From Podospora anserina (Eukaryota), in NCBI GenBank assembly GCA_017654855.1, contig CM030336.1, forward strand, positions 434,001-498,000: a stretch of DNA of 64,000 bases. Reading direction: 5' to 3'. The notes below the pieces were generated by a model that was not told the DNA's origin, made no database searches, and saw only the letters and a list, made by a program, of their open reading frames with translations. Position numbers and translations under genes: made by a program. Below are positions 1 to 10,941 of this stretch, in pieces (the first letter of the stretch is position 1; every line of letters starts with the position of its first letter).

Positions 1-578
1 CCGTATCCTTGACTACGCTTTGCTTCATCCACAATGCACCCCGACCATCCTGTCAACAAGTCGCAGCGGAATAAGAACTCAACCCGGCTGGATGGCCTGG
101 ACCTCATCAGTACGTAGGTGCGTCCCTAGCCATTCTACACTATCACTGTAGAACGCTTATCGCGCGTGTTTCTTGTCAGGGCGGCCCGGATGTCAAAGGA
201 ATAACGCGCCTATCTATGTCCAACTTAAGAATCCGCGCTCGTTTCTTTGTGACCCCTCAGGGGCGTGCCTGGCCTCTACCGAGATATAGATAGAACAAAG
301 CCAACAATTTGGCTTCAAAGAGCGGCCGGGCTCGTACCCATCGGCAAATATTGGAATTTAGTGTCACGAGGAGAAGGATCATCGTCATAATAAAGAGATC
401 AATAGACTACTTTCCCTGAGCGATGGGTCTCACCTGCGTCGCCTTGCGGGCTGGAACCGTACCTTTGTCGGAGATGCTATTTCAACCCATTCATATAAGG
501 CCGGCCCAGCGCTCCTCTCATCCGAAGACCATCTTTTGACTTCTCTTGTCATCTCTGTCCGCTTCCAAAAAAGAAACC

Positions 579-1544
579 ATGAGAATTCCATCCGCCATCG
601 CTGCCATCCTAGTGGCCGTTGCCTCCTTCTCCCCCGCTGGTGCCGTCCCCGTCGTTAGCGACGTCGAAGCCCGCGAGGCTGACCCATGGGGCCCGGTCTG
701 CTTTTATGTTGCTAGGCAGCCCAAGAAGCCTTGCACCTACTGGAAGCAAAAGAGACAGGACACGCCGGTCATCACCAAGATGGGTCCCGGTCACGTCTAT
801 GTCCCACCTCTCCGATTTGGCGGTCTTGGCCACGTCTCTGTTGCTCCTCTCCCTGCGACCAGGGTTCAGGTCATCCCCATTGAGGACCCGACTCCCGCCC
901 CGGCACCGACTGGCAAGCTTCAGGTCATTCCTATTGAGAAGAGAGCCCCTGAGCCAACGTTCGTAACCACCTTCACCGTTCCTCTTCTGACCGGTCTGCT
1001 GACACCGGGTGTTACAGTCAGGCCCACGTTTAAGACGACGATCACCATCTCGCCAGAGGCCACCTCCACCAGGCTGTCAACTATGACGCCTATCAGAGTG
1101 ATCACTGTCACCCAGAAAATTTGGCCGGCTAGTCCTATTCCAACGTTCACCATCACATCCACTGCACCGCCAAGATCGATCCCAACGTTCACTATTACAT
1201 CCATTCCCACGCCTGCTGAGCCGACCTTGGAGAAACCTACCAACATCGATTTGACCTCCACCTTCCAGCCTTCGCCTACCCTGGAGGTACCAACCAACAT
1301 TGATCCGACTTCCACATTCAAGCCAAGTCCACCCCCAAGTCCAACTTTGATTACCAGCCTGAACTTGGGTCCTCTGGTACCTCCCACCACAACCCCAACG
1401 CCATCCCCAACACCCATCGCAATCCCCACCGAGGGATCGGAATTCAGTTCTCAACTCACCTTTCCACTACTTCCTCCCGTTACTGCTCGCGCGTTACATC
1501 CTTCCCACAAGGAGGTGATCATCGAGCTGAAGCCGGATGTTTAA
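579..1544 (+). CDS. Secreted Pro/Thr-rich protein with Kex2-type KR sites and internal repeats
   Basis: ATG at 579, TATA-like CATATAA near 493; hydrophobic signal peptide MRIPSAIAAILVAVASFSPAGA; KR sites; mucin-like P/T-rich body; intronless 321-aa ORF. Confidence 0.75.
   Translation: MRIPSAIAAILVAVASFSPAGAVPVVSDVEAREADPWGPVCFYVARQPKKPCTYWKQKRQDTPVITKMGPGHVYVPPLRFGGLGHVSVAPLPATRVQVIPIEDPTPAPAPTGKLQVIPIEKRAPEPTFVTTFTVPLLTGLLTPGVTVRPTFKTTITISPEATSTRLSTMTPIRVITVTQKIWPASPIPTFTITSTAPPRSIPTFTITSIPTPAEPTLEKPTNIDLTSTFQPSPTLEVPTNIDPTSTFKPSPPPSPTLITSLNLGPLVPPTTTPTPSPTPIAIPTEGSEFSSQLTFPLLPPVTARALHPSHKEVIIELKPDV
1221..1328 (+). repeat. Two degenerate 54-nt coding tandem repeats (PTLEKPTNIDLTSTFQPS / PTLEVPTNIDPTSTFKPS)
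   Basis: Directly visible in the translation and in the DNA (1221-1274 vs 1275-1328). Confidence 0.8.
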
Positions 1545-1632
1545 ACCTGTCTTTTGCTTTCTTTGCAGATATAGTAATCCAAAAAAAAATGAATACAAGA
1601 ATGACTTCAACCAATCTTCGTGACATCCCTCC

Positions 1633-3213
1633 CTATTCATCCCCAAAGTCCTCCGTAACCATCCTAAAGACCTTATCCCCCTTATCAACCCTCACCACCC
1701 ACCTCCATCCCTCCTCCACTCCCTCCCTCCTCTTGATATCAACCTCAACATCCCTATCAGGAGCCATAATCTGCCCCGCAGCCCCCGTATTCCAACTGGT
1801 CGGCGCCTCCCACCCTTTCTCCTTGTCCACCGGCTCCATCTCCAACCTCGCGACAAAAACCGCCACCACAGCCAAAATCTCATTCGTAGCAAAGTGCCTT
1901 CCGGGGCAAAGCGTCTTGCCTCCTCCAAAGGTCCTAAAACAACTCTCCTTCGGGCGAGAAGATTTGTTTTCGGGCAGGAACCTCTCCGGGACAAAATCAT
2001 TGACGTTCTCCCCCCAGAGCTTCGGGTCAGAGTGGACTACCCTAGTGGGCATCTGGATGAGCGCGCCTTTCTTGAGGAGATACCCGTCCAGGTACGTGTC
2101 CTGCGTTACTTCCCTCACTGGCGTGCCCATCCCCACATAACGAAGTGTTTCCTGGTAGGAGGACAGCAGCAGAGGGCAGTTGGCTTTCAACGTGACAATG
2201 TTGATTGTCCTTGTGACCGTCCCGTCCTCGCCACGAGCAGTCTCAATACACGCCTCCACTTCAGCCCGGATGGACGCCAAAAGGGCAGGGTTGGCGTGGA
2301 CGTAGAACAAGGTCCAAAAGGCAGCGGGGATGGTGTTGACCATGATGGCGATCGTGCCCCCGATTTCAATCTTGGCGATGTCCTCGACGGGGAGCTTATT
2401 CCGTGTGGCGACACCGTAGCGGAGGCGGGTGAGGAGGGAGGCCGACTCCTGCCCGTTGGAGGTGTAGTATTTGTAAAAGGCTTGGGAGACCTTGGCTCGG
2501 GCGGCGATGGCTTTGCGGGCGAAGAGGGTGGGGAGGATGTTGATTATGATGGGCATGATGCCTTGCTCGAATTCCCAGAAGGCGTCGGCGATCGACTGGT
2601 CGTTGTAGGGGTTCATAGGGCCGTAGACGGCTCTGGTCGTGGCCGAGGTGAGGGTTGTGCGAAGCCAGGAGTAGAGTTTTATGCGTTTTGTTTGGCCAAT
2701 GAGGGGTTCGAGCAAGTCGAGAGAGCTGGAGACTTCACGTAACATGTCGCGGTTCATCTCGTCAATGTTGGATGGTTTGGTTCCGTCTCTCAAAGCGATG
2801 TGGCTTTCGTGAGCAACGCCGTGGTCACCGTCATCGCCGTAGACGTTGTGCTGTAAGATGGCGTCTGATTCCTTGCTGCTGCCGGCTATGATGCTTGAGA
2901 ATTTCATGAGGATGGGGTCAATGGAGAAGGCTCGGTGTTGCCTTTGTATCGACTGGATCAAGTCTGGACTTGAAACGACGTACATCTTCTGTCCTGGGAG
3001 CGGCACAGTGAAGATTGGCGCTCCAGTTGCTGCATAGACATCAGAGTAATAGTTGTAGGTTCGCTTGTATAACCCAATCATGTGGCTGATGATTGGAATA
3101 CGCTGAGGAGCGAGTGGAGGTTCGCGCGGGTCGTAGTCGAGGAGCTTGCGAATGGCCAAGTACCCCAGGGTCACAGCCCCGGAGACGGTGGCAAGCCACA
3201 GTCTTGGGTCCAT
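1633..3213 (-). CDS. Cytochrome P450 monooxygenase, intronless, apparently intact
   Basis: N-terminal membrane anchor, ETLR (ExxR), PERF and heme motif FGGGKTLCPGRHFA; I-helix NTIPAAFW of CYP7-like fungal P450s; 526 aa. Confidence 0.95.
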   Translation of the reverse strand: MDPRLWLATVSGAVTLGYLAIRKLLDYDPREPPLAPQRIPIISHMIGLYKRTYNYYSDVYAATGAPIFTVPLPGQKMYVVSSPDLIQSIQRQHRAFSIDPILMKFSSIIAGSSKESDAILQHNVYGDDGDHGVAHESHIALRDGTKPSNIDEMNRDMLREVSSSLDLLEPLIGQTKRIKLYSWLRTTLTSATTRAVYGPMNPYNDQSIADAFWEFEQGIMPIIINILPTLFARKAIAARAKVSQAFYKYYTSNGQESASLLTRLRYGVATRNKLPVEDIAKIEIGGTIAIMVNTIPAAFWTLFYVHANPALLASIRAEVEACIETARGEDGTVTRTINIVTLKANCPLLLSSYQETLRYVGMGTPVREVTQDTYLDGYLLKKGALIQMPTRVVHSDPKLWGENVNDFVPERFLPENKSSRPKESCFRTFGGGKTLCPGRHFATNEILAVVAVFVARLEMEPVDKEKGWEAPTSWNTGAAGQIMAPDRDVEVDIKRREGVEEGWRWVVRVDKGDKVFRMVTEDFGDE

Positions 3214-4494
3214 CGTAACTGTGATGTTGGCGATGGTGAAGCTTGACAGTGGTGATGTTGATGCGGGGAAAAAAGAGTTTAAATTGGCCTTTGTGGGACG
3301 TCAGCTTCGTGCCTGAAGTTCTGTTGGCTCTGCCCCCCCTGTAGGGCTGTAAGCGTGGCGTTCTTGAACAGGTCTAAGACATTGGCGTTGGTCCAATCGG
3401 CAACATTGTAGATAAGCGTTGACGGTGAGCGCCGCCAACAAAGTCGCAACGCATTGTGTGTTGTTTCTCTTGGGAAATCCGAAGCTGGGAATGTTGGTTG
3501 TTTTATTGGATGTGGAAGGAAGAGTGGAAACACGAAAAACAGAGCCCGGTCCCACGCAAAAGGTCCGCTCGACTTCGATCTATGGAATAGTTCAGTTAGA
3601 AGCACGTCAGAATCTCTAATGCACTTTTACCAACCAACCGCAAGCCAGATAATAGATGTCCATTTCACCACGCCTGCATGAACAACTTGCAAACCACCGT
3701 CACGTCTCTTCTCGAAGAGTCATAACTGCGAACCTATCCATGGTCGATGGGACCGGAAGGCGATCGACTCAACTTTTTCTCCCACTCTCAGATTTCAATG
3801 GCAGCCACCTCAGTGCCGTCCCCAAAGCGGCTTGGAGGGTGATCGCAAGCTTCTCCTCTTTGCACCCTTTCGAATGTCTTTTTATTCAAAGTTTGTCTCA
3901 GAAGCTTGTGCCTGGTGACTTTCAGTTTCCGTTACATCAGAAATCCACTTTCCTGCTGACGAATTGGCGGGGACGGTGATTGCAGGACTTTGTTGTTTTA
4001 CCCTGGAGAATCACCGGATTGGTGGAAATTGGCGATGCTGGAGCCCCACGACACCCACAAAACACCACGCAAGTCATCGTTCCAGTACCCTGGTATACTT
4101 GCCCGACAAGTTATCCGAGGGCGATCGCCGTTGGACGGACGCGAGGACGAGAGCGCAAAACCTGCCATGGCTTCCAAACATGTCTTCGGAACCACTTCAC
4201 CTAGCGCGGAGAACACGAGGGCAAGGATCTTGGAAAAACACACAAGCGGCCAGGTTTCACCAAGAAAAGATTCTCCGCCTTGCTGGAGCAGGACCAGGCT
4301 ATCTTGAGCAAGGGTATTGCTAACAGGTCGTAGATCCATGATTGGAGTTATCAGCAAATCGTGTATAAATCCTCAGTCATATAACCTTCCGTCCCAAGAT
4401 GTTGGTTCGCTACTACCAGACCCAGGACCATCCGAGCCTTCCCTGTCAGATCTACTACTCCTTCAAGCGCCTAACTTGACGACATCGAGCCACC

Positions 4495-5621
4495 ATGAAG
4501 CTCCTCGGTCTCAGTGTATTTCTCGCTCTGGCACAGGCCACACCTACCCCTACTCTCCCTGAGGAGAATACGGTGAGGCTCGAGAAAAGAGCCAGTATGT
4601 CAGAGGCAGCGACTCTGGGATTTGCCTCTTTGAACGGAGGGTCAGTATCATTCCCTTGTCATCTCTCTTTTAATCAAGGCCGACAACTAACAAGCGTTTC
4701 CACAGAACGACTGGAGGTGCAGGTGGTACAGTAACGACTGTGTCCACGCTCCCTGAGTTCACCGCCGCTGTTGGCGAGAAGAATACGGCCCCAACCATCG
4801 TGGTAATTCGTGGAGTCATCACGGGCAACGAGAAGGTCCGCATTGGGAGCAACAAGAGTATCATTGGCCTGCCCGGTTCTGGCCTGAGGGGCATTGGCTT
4901 GCACTTCCGCAGACAAACCAACCTCATCGTGCGCAACATCGTCTCCTCCTTTGTTGTGGCGAGCACCGCTGAGGATGCACTCAAGATCGAGGTCAGCTCC
5001 TACCTTTCATTCCTCCTCGCCTGGTAGTAATCGCGCCTACTAACGACCGCCCAACAGGGAAGCACCAACGTCTGGGTCGACCATTGCGAATTCCACTCCA
5101 CCCTGAACAGCGACAAGGACTTCTATGACGGCGCTGTTGACTCGTCCCACGGCTCCGACTTCATCACCGTCTCCCACACCTACTTCCACGACCACTGGAA
5201 GACCTCCCTCGTCGGCCATAGCGACAATAACGGCGCCCAGGATAAAGGTAAGCTGCGCATTACGTACGCCAACAACTATTGGAAGAACGTGAATTCACGT
5301 GCACCGCTTCTCCGCTTCGGAACGGCCCACATCTACAACTCTTTCTACGAGAACATGAGCTCGGCTGTCAATACCCGAATGGGCGCTCAGGCGCTAGTTC
5401 AGAGCAACGTCTTCCGTAATGTTACGGCTGCCGTCGTCAGCCAGGATTCCAAGGAGGTCGGGTTTGCGGTTCTGGAGGGCAATGAGCTTGGTGGCGGCCT
5501 TGCCAATGCGCCGGCTGGGAACTTGGGGTCGAGCAGCATTCCCTATTCTTTTTCTCTGCTGGGTGCCGGTGCGGTGCCGTCGAGGGTGCCTGCTGAGGCT
5601 GGTGCTATTCTCAAGTTCTGA
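4495..5621 (+). CDS. Secreted pectate lyase (PL1), 3 exons
   Basis: Signal peptide; GTTGGAGG, NLIVRNI, VWVDH and RAPLLRFG motifs; introns 4641-4705 and 4992-5057 with CTAAC branch points. Confidence 0.93.
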
Positions 5622-6401
5622 GTGTCGGTCTTGTGTTGCGGACACATGAACATCATATCATACATGTAAATATGCGCAACCTCTGATATACCTATCTTCA
5701 ACTCATCCTGGCTTTGGCCGACATGTGGCCGTCTTCTCGGAACTCTTTCGGCATGTTCGGTGCTTATCATCTCGCCTTGTACCACTTCTTTGGTAAGTCA
5801 AGGGCTTGACCCGCTGAGTACACTCGGCTTCTTCGGTAAGCCCCGGGCTTATCGGCTCGCTGAGTAGGACTTATTCGGTTAGTCCAGTGTTTATCTCATA
5901 ATCTGCGGTGAGCGCCTGACACTACCGTTTACAAGCGGCTACCTCAAAACCGTAGAGACTTCAAACGGGAATCCTGCCCTTTCAAACGGATAGCAAAGCG
6001 CAAGACTTCGGATTCTACTCACCTAAGATACCTATCTTGGACAATCACTACCTCGGTCCAACTCTGACCGGGCACCGTTGCGTACTCAGCAACCCCGTGG
6101 TGGCTTCGGTGGCTTGGATTTGGGTCATTCGTGCTTGCAGTTGCCTTAGTAAGAGCACCCAGTCAGCGTCTTGTGATGACTCGATTTACACCACACGTCA
6201 TTGTTTTTTCTCGGAGTTGTCGTCCTCGTCGCTTTGGCTTCCGTCTGGGGGGCAGAAACACATTCAACTTGATCAGGTTAAATAACATGGAAAAGAAAAC
6301 TATAAGAAGCTGAGCTGCCGTACTACCTGCCTCATCATGGAAAACATCAGGTTGAATCAGCACATTGAAACAGAAGATCATACAACTCAAACAACGACAA
6401 T

Positions 6402-7187
6402 ATGAGTTCCCTTCTCTCGATCGCCTTGATGGCCTTTCTCGCTATCACCTCAACGGCGTCACCCCTAGCGGCGAACTCGAAACCGTCCACGACCGCCGCC
6501 TCGGTCCCCACATATACACCCCTTACCCCAGCCGAGATCAAGGCCCTGCAGACTGAGCTACTCCTCGCCCCCTCGTACAAGGACAAGGAGAAGGTCCTCT
6601 TCCCCCCCAACAACGGCGGCAGCGCCAACAACGTCTCCTTCCAGTTCGTCCCCAACAACGGCCCAGCCCCCCAGGACGGCAGCGTCATCGTCGGCAGCGT
6701 CGACTCCATCCCAGGCCTGATCGGCACCAACGTCGCCGCAGCCATCGGCTTCATCGGCCCCTGCGGCCTCAACGTCCCCCACCTCCACCCCCGCGGGAAC
6801 GAGTTCCTGACCGTGGTCAGCGGCACCCTCATCGGGGCCTTTCTCCTCGAGCCGGACGGGCCGTTCGTCGGGGACGTCCCCCAGGTCGCCATGACGCTGA
6901 GCAACTACACCGGCATGCTGTTCCCGCAGGGGCACACGCACTGGCAGTTCAACCCGACGTGCGAGCAGGCTGTGTTTTCGGCCGCGTTTGACAGCAATGA
7001 TGAGGGACGGTTTCAGGTTGCGCAGACCTTTTTCTCGTCCATGCCTGATAATGTGCTCACGGCGAGCTTGGGGAATCCTACGTTTTTGGGACCGAAGCAG
7101 CTGGATCAGCTGAGGGGGATTATCCCTAGTGCTTTTGTTGTCATGGTGGATAGTTGTGCCAAGGCTTGTGGGATCAAGACTGCTTAG
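6402..7187 (+). CDS. Secreted germin-like/spherulin cupin protein
   Basis: Signal peptide; germin box PCGLNVPHLHPRGNEF and FPQGHTHWQFN; 261-aa intronless ORF. Confidence 0.9.
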   Translation: MSSLLSIALMAFLAITSTASPLAANSKPSTTAASVPTYTPLTPAEIKALQTELLLAPSYKDKEKVLFPPNNGGSANNVSFQFVPNNGPAPQDGSVIVGSVDSIPGLIGTNVAAAIGFIGPCGLNVPHLHPRGNEFLTVVSGTLIGAFLLEPDGPFVGDVPQVAMTLSNYTGMLFPQGHTHWQFNPTCEQAVFSAAFDSNDEGRFQVAQTFFSSMPDNVLTASLGNPTFLGPKQLDQLRGIIPSAFVVMVDSCAKACGIKTA

Positions 7188-7531
7188 GTGGTTGGTCACT
7201 GGCTACCTCAGCTAGGTAGGGGGTTCTGTGGGTGGATGGGAGACTCCAGGATGGCGGCTGGGATTTTTTCAGAGGGAGCGAGTTTCGATTGGGGGCATAC
7301 ATGTAGTTAGTGTTGGCTAGTTCTGCTTGGGTTGATGAAGGGAAATGCAGGTGGTGTGGGTGCAGACTGTGGTGTGTTTGCATTATCATCGTTTTTGTCA
7401 CATAGATATTCGGTAGCAAGCTTTTGGGCCGTTTCTCGATTTTCTTCTATTGCCAATAGTTATGAAACCCCATCCCTAGTCTAAAAATGAACGCTAAAGA
7501 CACCGGCTCGAACCAGCTCTTGTTTATCTAG

Positions 7532-8440
7532 TCATGCTCTGCCAAACAGGGGGCCTGCATACAGCATTGAGTGCCAGAGACAACATAACCGCCATGTGCG
7601 CGCATCCTCGCGAGCCTCCCTCTTTGTCAGCACCCTCCAAGCGATGAACCCGCTCAGGCCAACCGACAAGGCATAGGTGCGCCATGTAAGCTGCCAAAAG
7701 GAGGCGCAGGCGCAGGACCAGAACAAGACGCAGAAGGCCAGCGCCAAGCGCGCCACTCCGTCCCCAGAAAGGAGAGGGACGGTCTTCCGGCTGCGCTGGC
7801 GATCACCTGCCTGGTCCTTGAGATCCTGGATGTGCATCGTGGTGAGGATAACGGCGCTGATCAACGCCGTCCACGCGTGGCCGCGATGAGTGGCGCTGTT
7901 GTGGGGGCCGATGGCCAGCCGGAGCGAAGCCAGGTTGAAAAGACCATATGATATGGCTATGATGGCATCACGGAAGACTGAGTCGCCGGCCGTGAGGTCA
8001 TTGTAGTACCATCTAAAAAGCTGGATCAGGAGGCCCTCATTCCGGACATTGAAGCTGTAGTTCAGTCACAGTGCCACCGGAAGGAGGCAGAGGAGTGCTT
8101 GGCGAGTCTTCTCTGGGGTGATCTTGCCCGATGGGATCGGACGCCACGGTTTGTTTGCACGGTCTTCAGCAATCGACTCGGGCGATCGTTGGTTCGCAAG
8201 GTCAAAGGTCAAGAGGTTATAGGCGCTGAACAGGAGGACCGTGGGGCAACGCTTAAGGATGTCGACGGGTGACGGATCTGGTCCGGCGACGAGTCCAGTA
8301 GAGTTCCCAGCCGCTGCTCCTATGATGCCAAATATCGTGTTGGGAACAGCAAAAGTGAGAAAGTCACTCTCGACAAATTCCCAAAAGATTCGGGACTACC
8401 GGGTCAGAGAAGAGACGAGGGACCGAGCCGGCGACGACAT
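7532..8440 (-). pseudogene. UbiA-family prenyltransferase / UbiA-type terpene cyclase with two in-frame stops
   Basis: One 303-codon frame from ATG 8440 with NQRSPESIAEDRANKPWRPIPSG, YNDL and QDLKDQAGD motifs, broken by TAG (8398-8396) and TGA (8068-8066). Confidence 0.85.
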
Positions 8441-8931
8441 CCTCCGGGGGAAAGACTGGCAAGAACGTCGGGTCTGTAATAGGAAGGCGAAGTCACCGGA
8501 CGGCCGTCAATGAAACCAAACTCTCATGACCCCATCTGCCGTATTTATATACCTTGGCTTATTTACGAGATTCGCAAAACTAGGTCGGTAGGTTACCCAT
8601 CACTTATCCACCGAGGGAAGATGATGGCGGTGCGCACGGCCGGCAGCGCATTCCTTACGGCATAACGGTTACGCTGTGGCGTGGCAAAGATAACATGGGC
8701 GTTGGTTATGTTGGTGCTGATCCCCCCTTGAACGGTTGTAACCTATCAGAGAATAAATACTGGCTACCGAAAAACGGCTCCATCAGACCCCCTCCAGACC
8801 TCTCGAACCTGTCATCCCGCACAAGTCCCTTCAAGTTCATGTCGTTCGAGAACTGCTAACCTGCCGTGCACCTCACGCACCTATCCACTGCGCTTCCAGT
8901 CTGAGCACTTTTGCACTAGTCCGTTCTCACC

Positions 8932-10194
8932 ATGATTAGAGGTTCTCAAAGCTATTCTCTGCTGGGATGGATCGTCTCCTTCATCATCATTTGTAGCATA
9001 TTCGTCTTGCTGCGCTTCTGGTCCTCGAGGATTCAGAAGAGAAAGTTTTATGCAGATGACTTCCTGGTGCTGCTTGCGCATGTATGTGACATCACGCATT
9101 CAAGTCCGAGCCTGTCTCTCTTGTACATACCTACTGACACCGCCGACCGCAGATTGCCATGATTGCAATGGCCAGTGTTACGATATGGGGCATCGTCAAT
9201 GGTCTCGGGAATCCGGCGACGGAACTGAGCATCGATGAGTTCAAGGTCATGGCGCAGGTACTCGTCGGCGCGTCCGTCACCTGGACTGTGTCGACAACCG
9301 TCGTCAAAATGGCCGTTCTTTGGCTGTACACGAGAATCTTCGACGTCGTCATCTTTAGACGCATCGCATATGGCCTGATCGGGGTGTGTGCCTGCTACGG
9401 TATCGCCTTTGAGATCGTCTTCATCACGCGGTGCAACCCGGTGTCGCAGGAATGGGATCCGGTGCCGTGGGGTAGCTGCAAGGACCCCAAGGAGACGCAA
9501 CTGGCGTCAAACTCGATCAACCTCGTTCTCGACGTTGCCATTGTCGTCTTGCCAATGATCCCTCTGTGGTCACTCCAGATGGCACTGACCAAAAAGCTCG
9601 TCATCACGGGCATGTTTGGCTTTGGTTTCGGGTAAGTCCTGGCAGCTTTCATTTCAAGAGGATAACACGCTTACCAGCATACCTATCAGCACCGTAGCCG
9701 TAATGCTCTACAGAGTCTACGTGACAGTCCACGCCAACCCGGATCCCGCCCTCGCCCTCGCCGACGTCGGTCTTCTCAGCTTCATCGAGCTCTGGCTCGG
9801 CATCATCGTCGCCTGCGTGCCCACCACCGCTCCCGTCTTCAGGACCTACGTCAAGCCGACGCTCTTCAAAGCGCTCAGCCAGTTCTGCGGATACTCGAGA
9901 AAGACAATCTCCAACCCGATCGAGACGATCGGCGGGTCAGGCAAAGCCTCTGGCGGCCGTTCTGGCCACCACCACAACTTCCGAAGCAACCGTGACTACG
10001 CCGAGCTCTCGATCGCATCCACCTTTGACAGCCGCCGGTCCTCTGACATTTCCCTTGTGCCCCCTTCCGGCGCCAAAACTCGGACTCACTGCGGTCCCGG
10101 TGGGGTGGTTGGATCCCCTGGGCTCCAAGGGGGGGTCTACGTGGAGCAGCAGTTTCACGTGCAGGAGCTAGGAAATAACAATCGCATTCGGTGA
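8932..10194 (+). CDS. PTH11-like (fungal rhodopsin-domain) integral membrane protein, 3 exons
   Basis: LRFWSSR...ADDFLVLLA, KMAVLWLYTRIF, CNPVSQEWD, DVAIVVLPMIPLWSLQM, IELWLGIIVACVP; introns 9082-9152 and 9632-9689. Confidence 0.9.
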
Positions 10195-10941
10195 ACTTGA
10201 AAAGAATAGAATTGGACCGAAAGGTCCAAATTGGAGAGAGCTGGCGAACATGAACGTAAGATATTGCCATATTGAGAAGGAGAGAATCGCGTGACTGGCT
10301 GCCCGATTCTCGAAAATGGTGTAAAGGCGTGGCACGGCGCGCCCCATGCCGCAGCGGTCCTTCCAGTGTTAAACGGCTGATTGTGAAGGAAGAGATCAAT
10401 TACGTGACTGTGCCTCAGAAAGTCTTCCGCAAACATTCCAAACTCTTTTCCAAGACAACTGAATATGATCCCGTGCCCGAGGGTTGTATTCTGCAGTCAG
10501 ATCACGACATTAATATGTGAGGTTGTCGGTGGGCTGTATATACCAGCCTAGCTTATCAGCGTGATTGTTTGTCTACTGTAAGGATGCAGTGAATGGTTCG
10601 CATGGATTCAATTGAGGCCCCAGAGGATCGGATCGGGGAGTTGGACGACGTTGGTCTGGTAAACGCTACAAGCGCCACCCACTTGCACCACCACCAGAAC
10701 TGGGCCTGCCCCACAAGGCGGTCTCTGGTAAAAGAACGAGTGTAAGGTAGATGTACCGATTACCGTGCCTGTACATGACTCAAAGAGCCCAACGGGCTGT
10801 CTTCATGACAGGAGTACCATATTCTCCATAGACACCAGGCCTTTTATAGTTCTCCAGTCCATGAGAGAAGCCTACTCTTCCTACCAAGCTCCTGGACGCA
10901 ACGCCTGGCAACTCGGCACAAAGCTTTCGTCTCACACCATC

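Noticed and set aside
1589-2742. Long plus-strand ORFs of 183 and 282 aa
   Set aside because: Antisense shadows of the P450; same for ORFs opposite the cupin, FAD oxidoreductase, DUF3405, ccg-9 and oxidase genes
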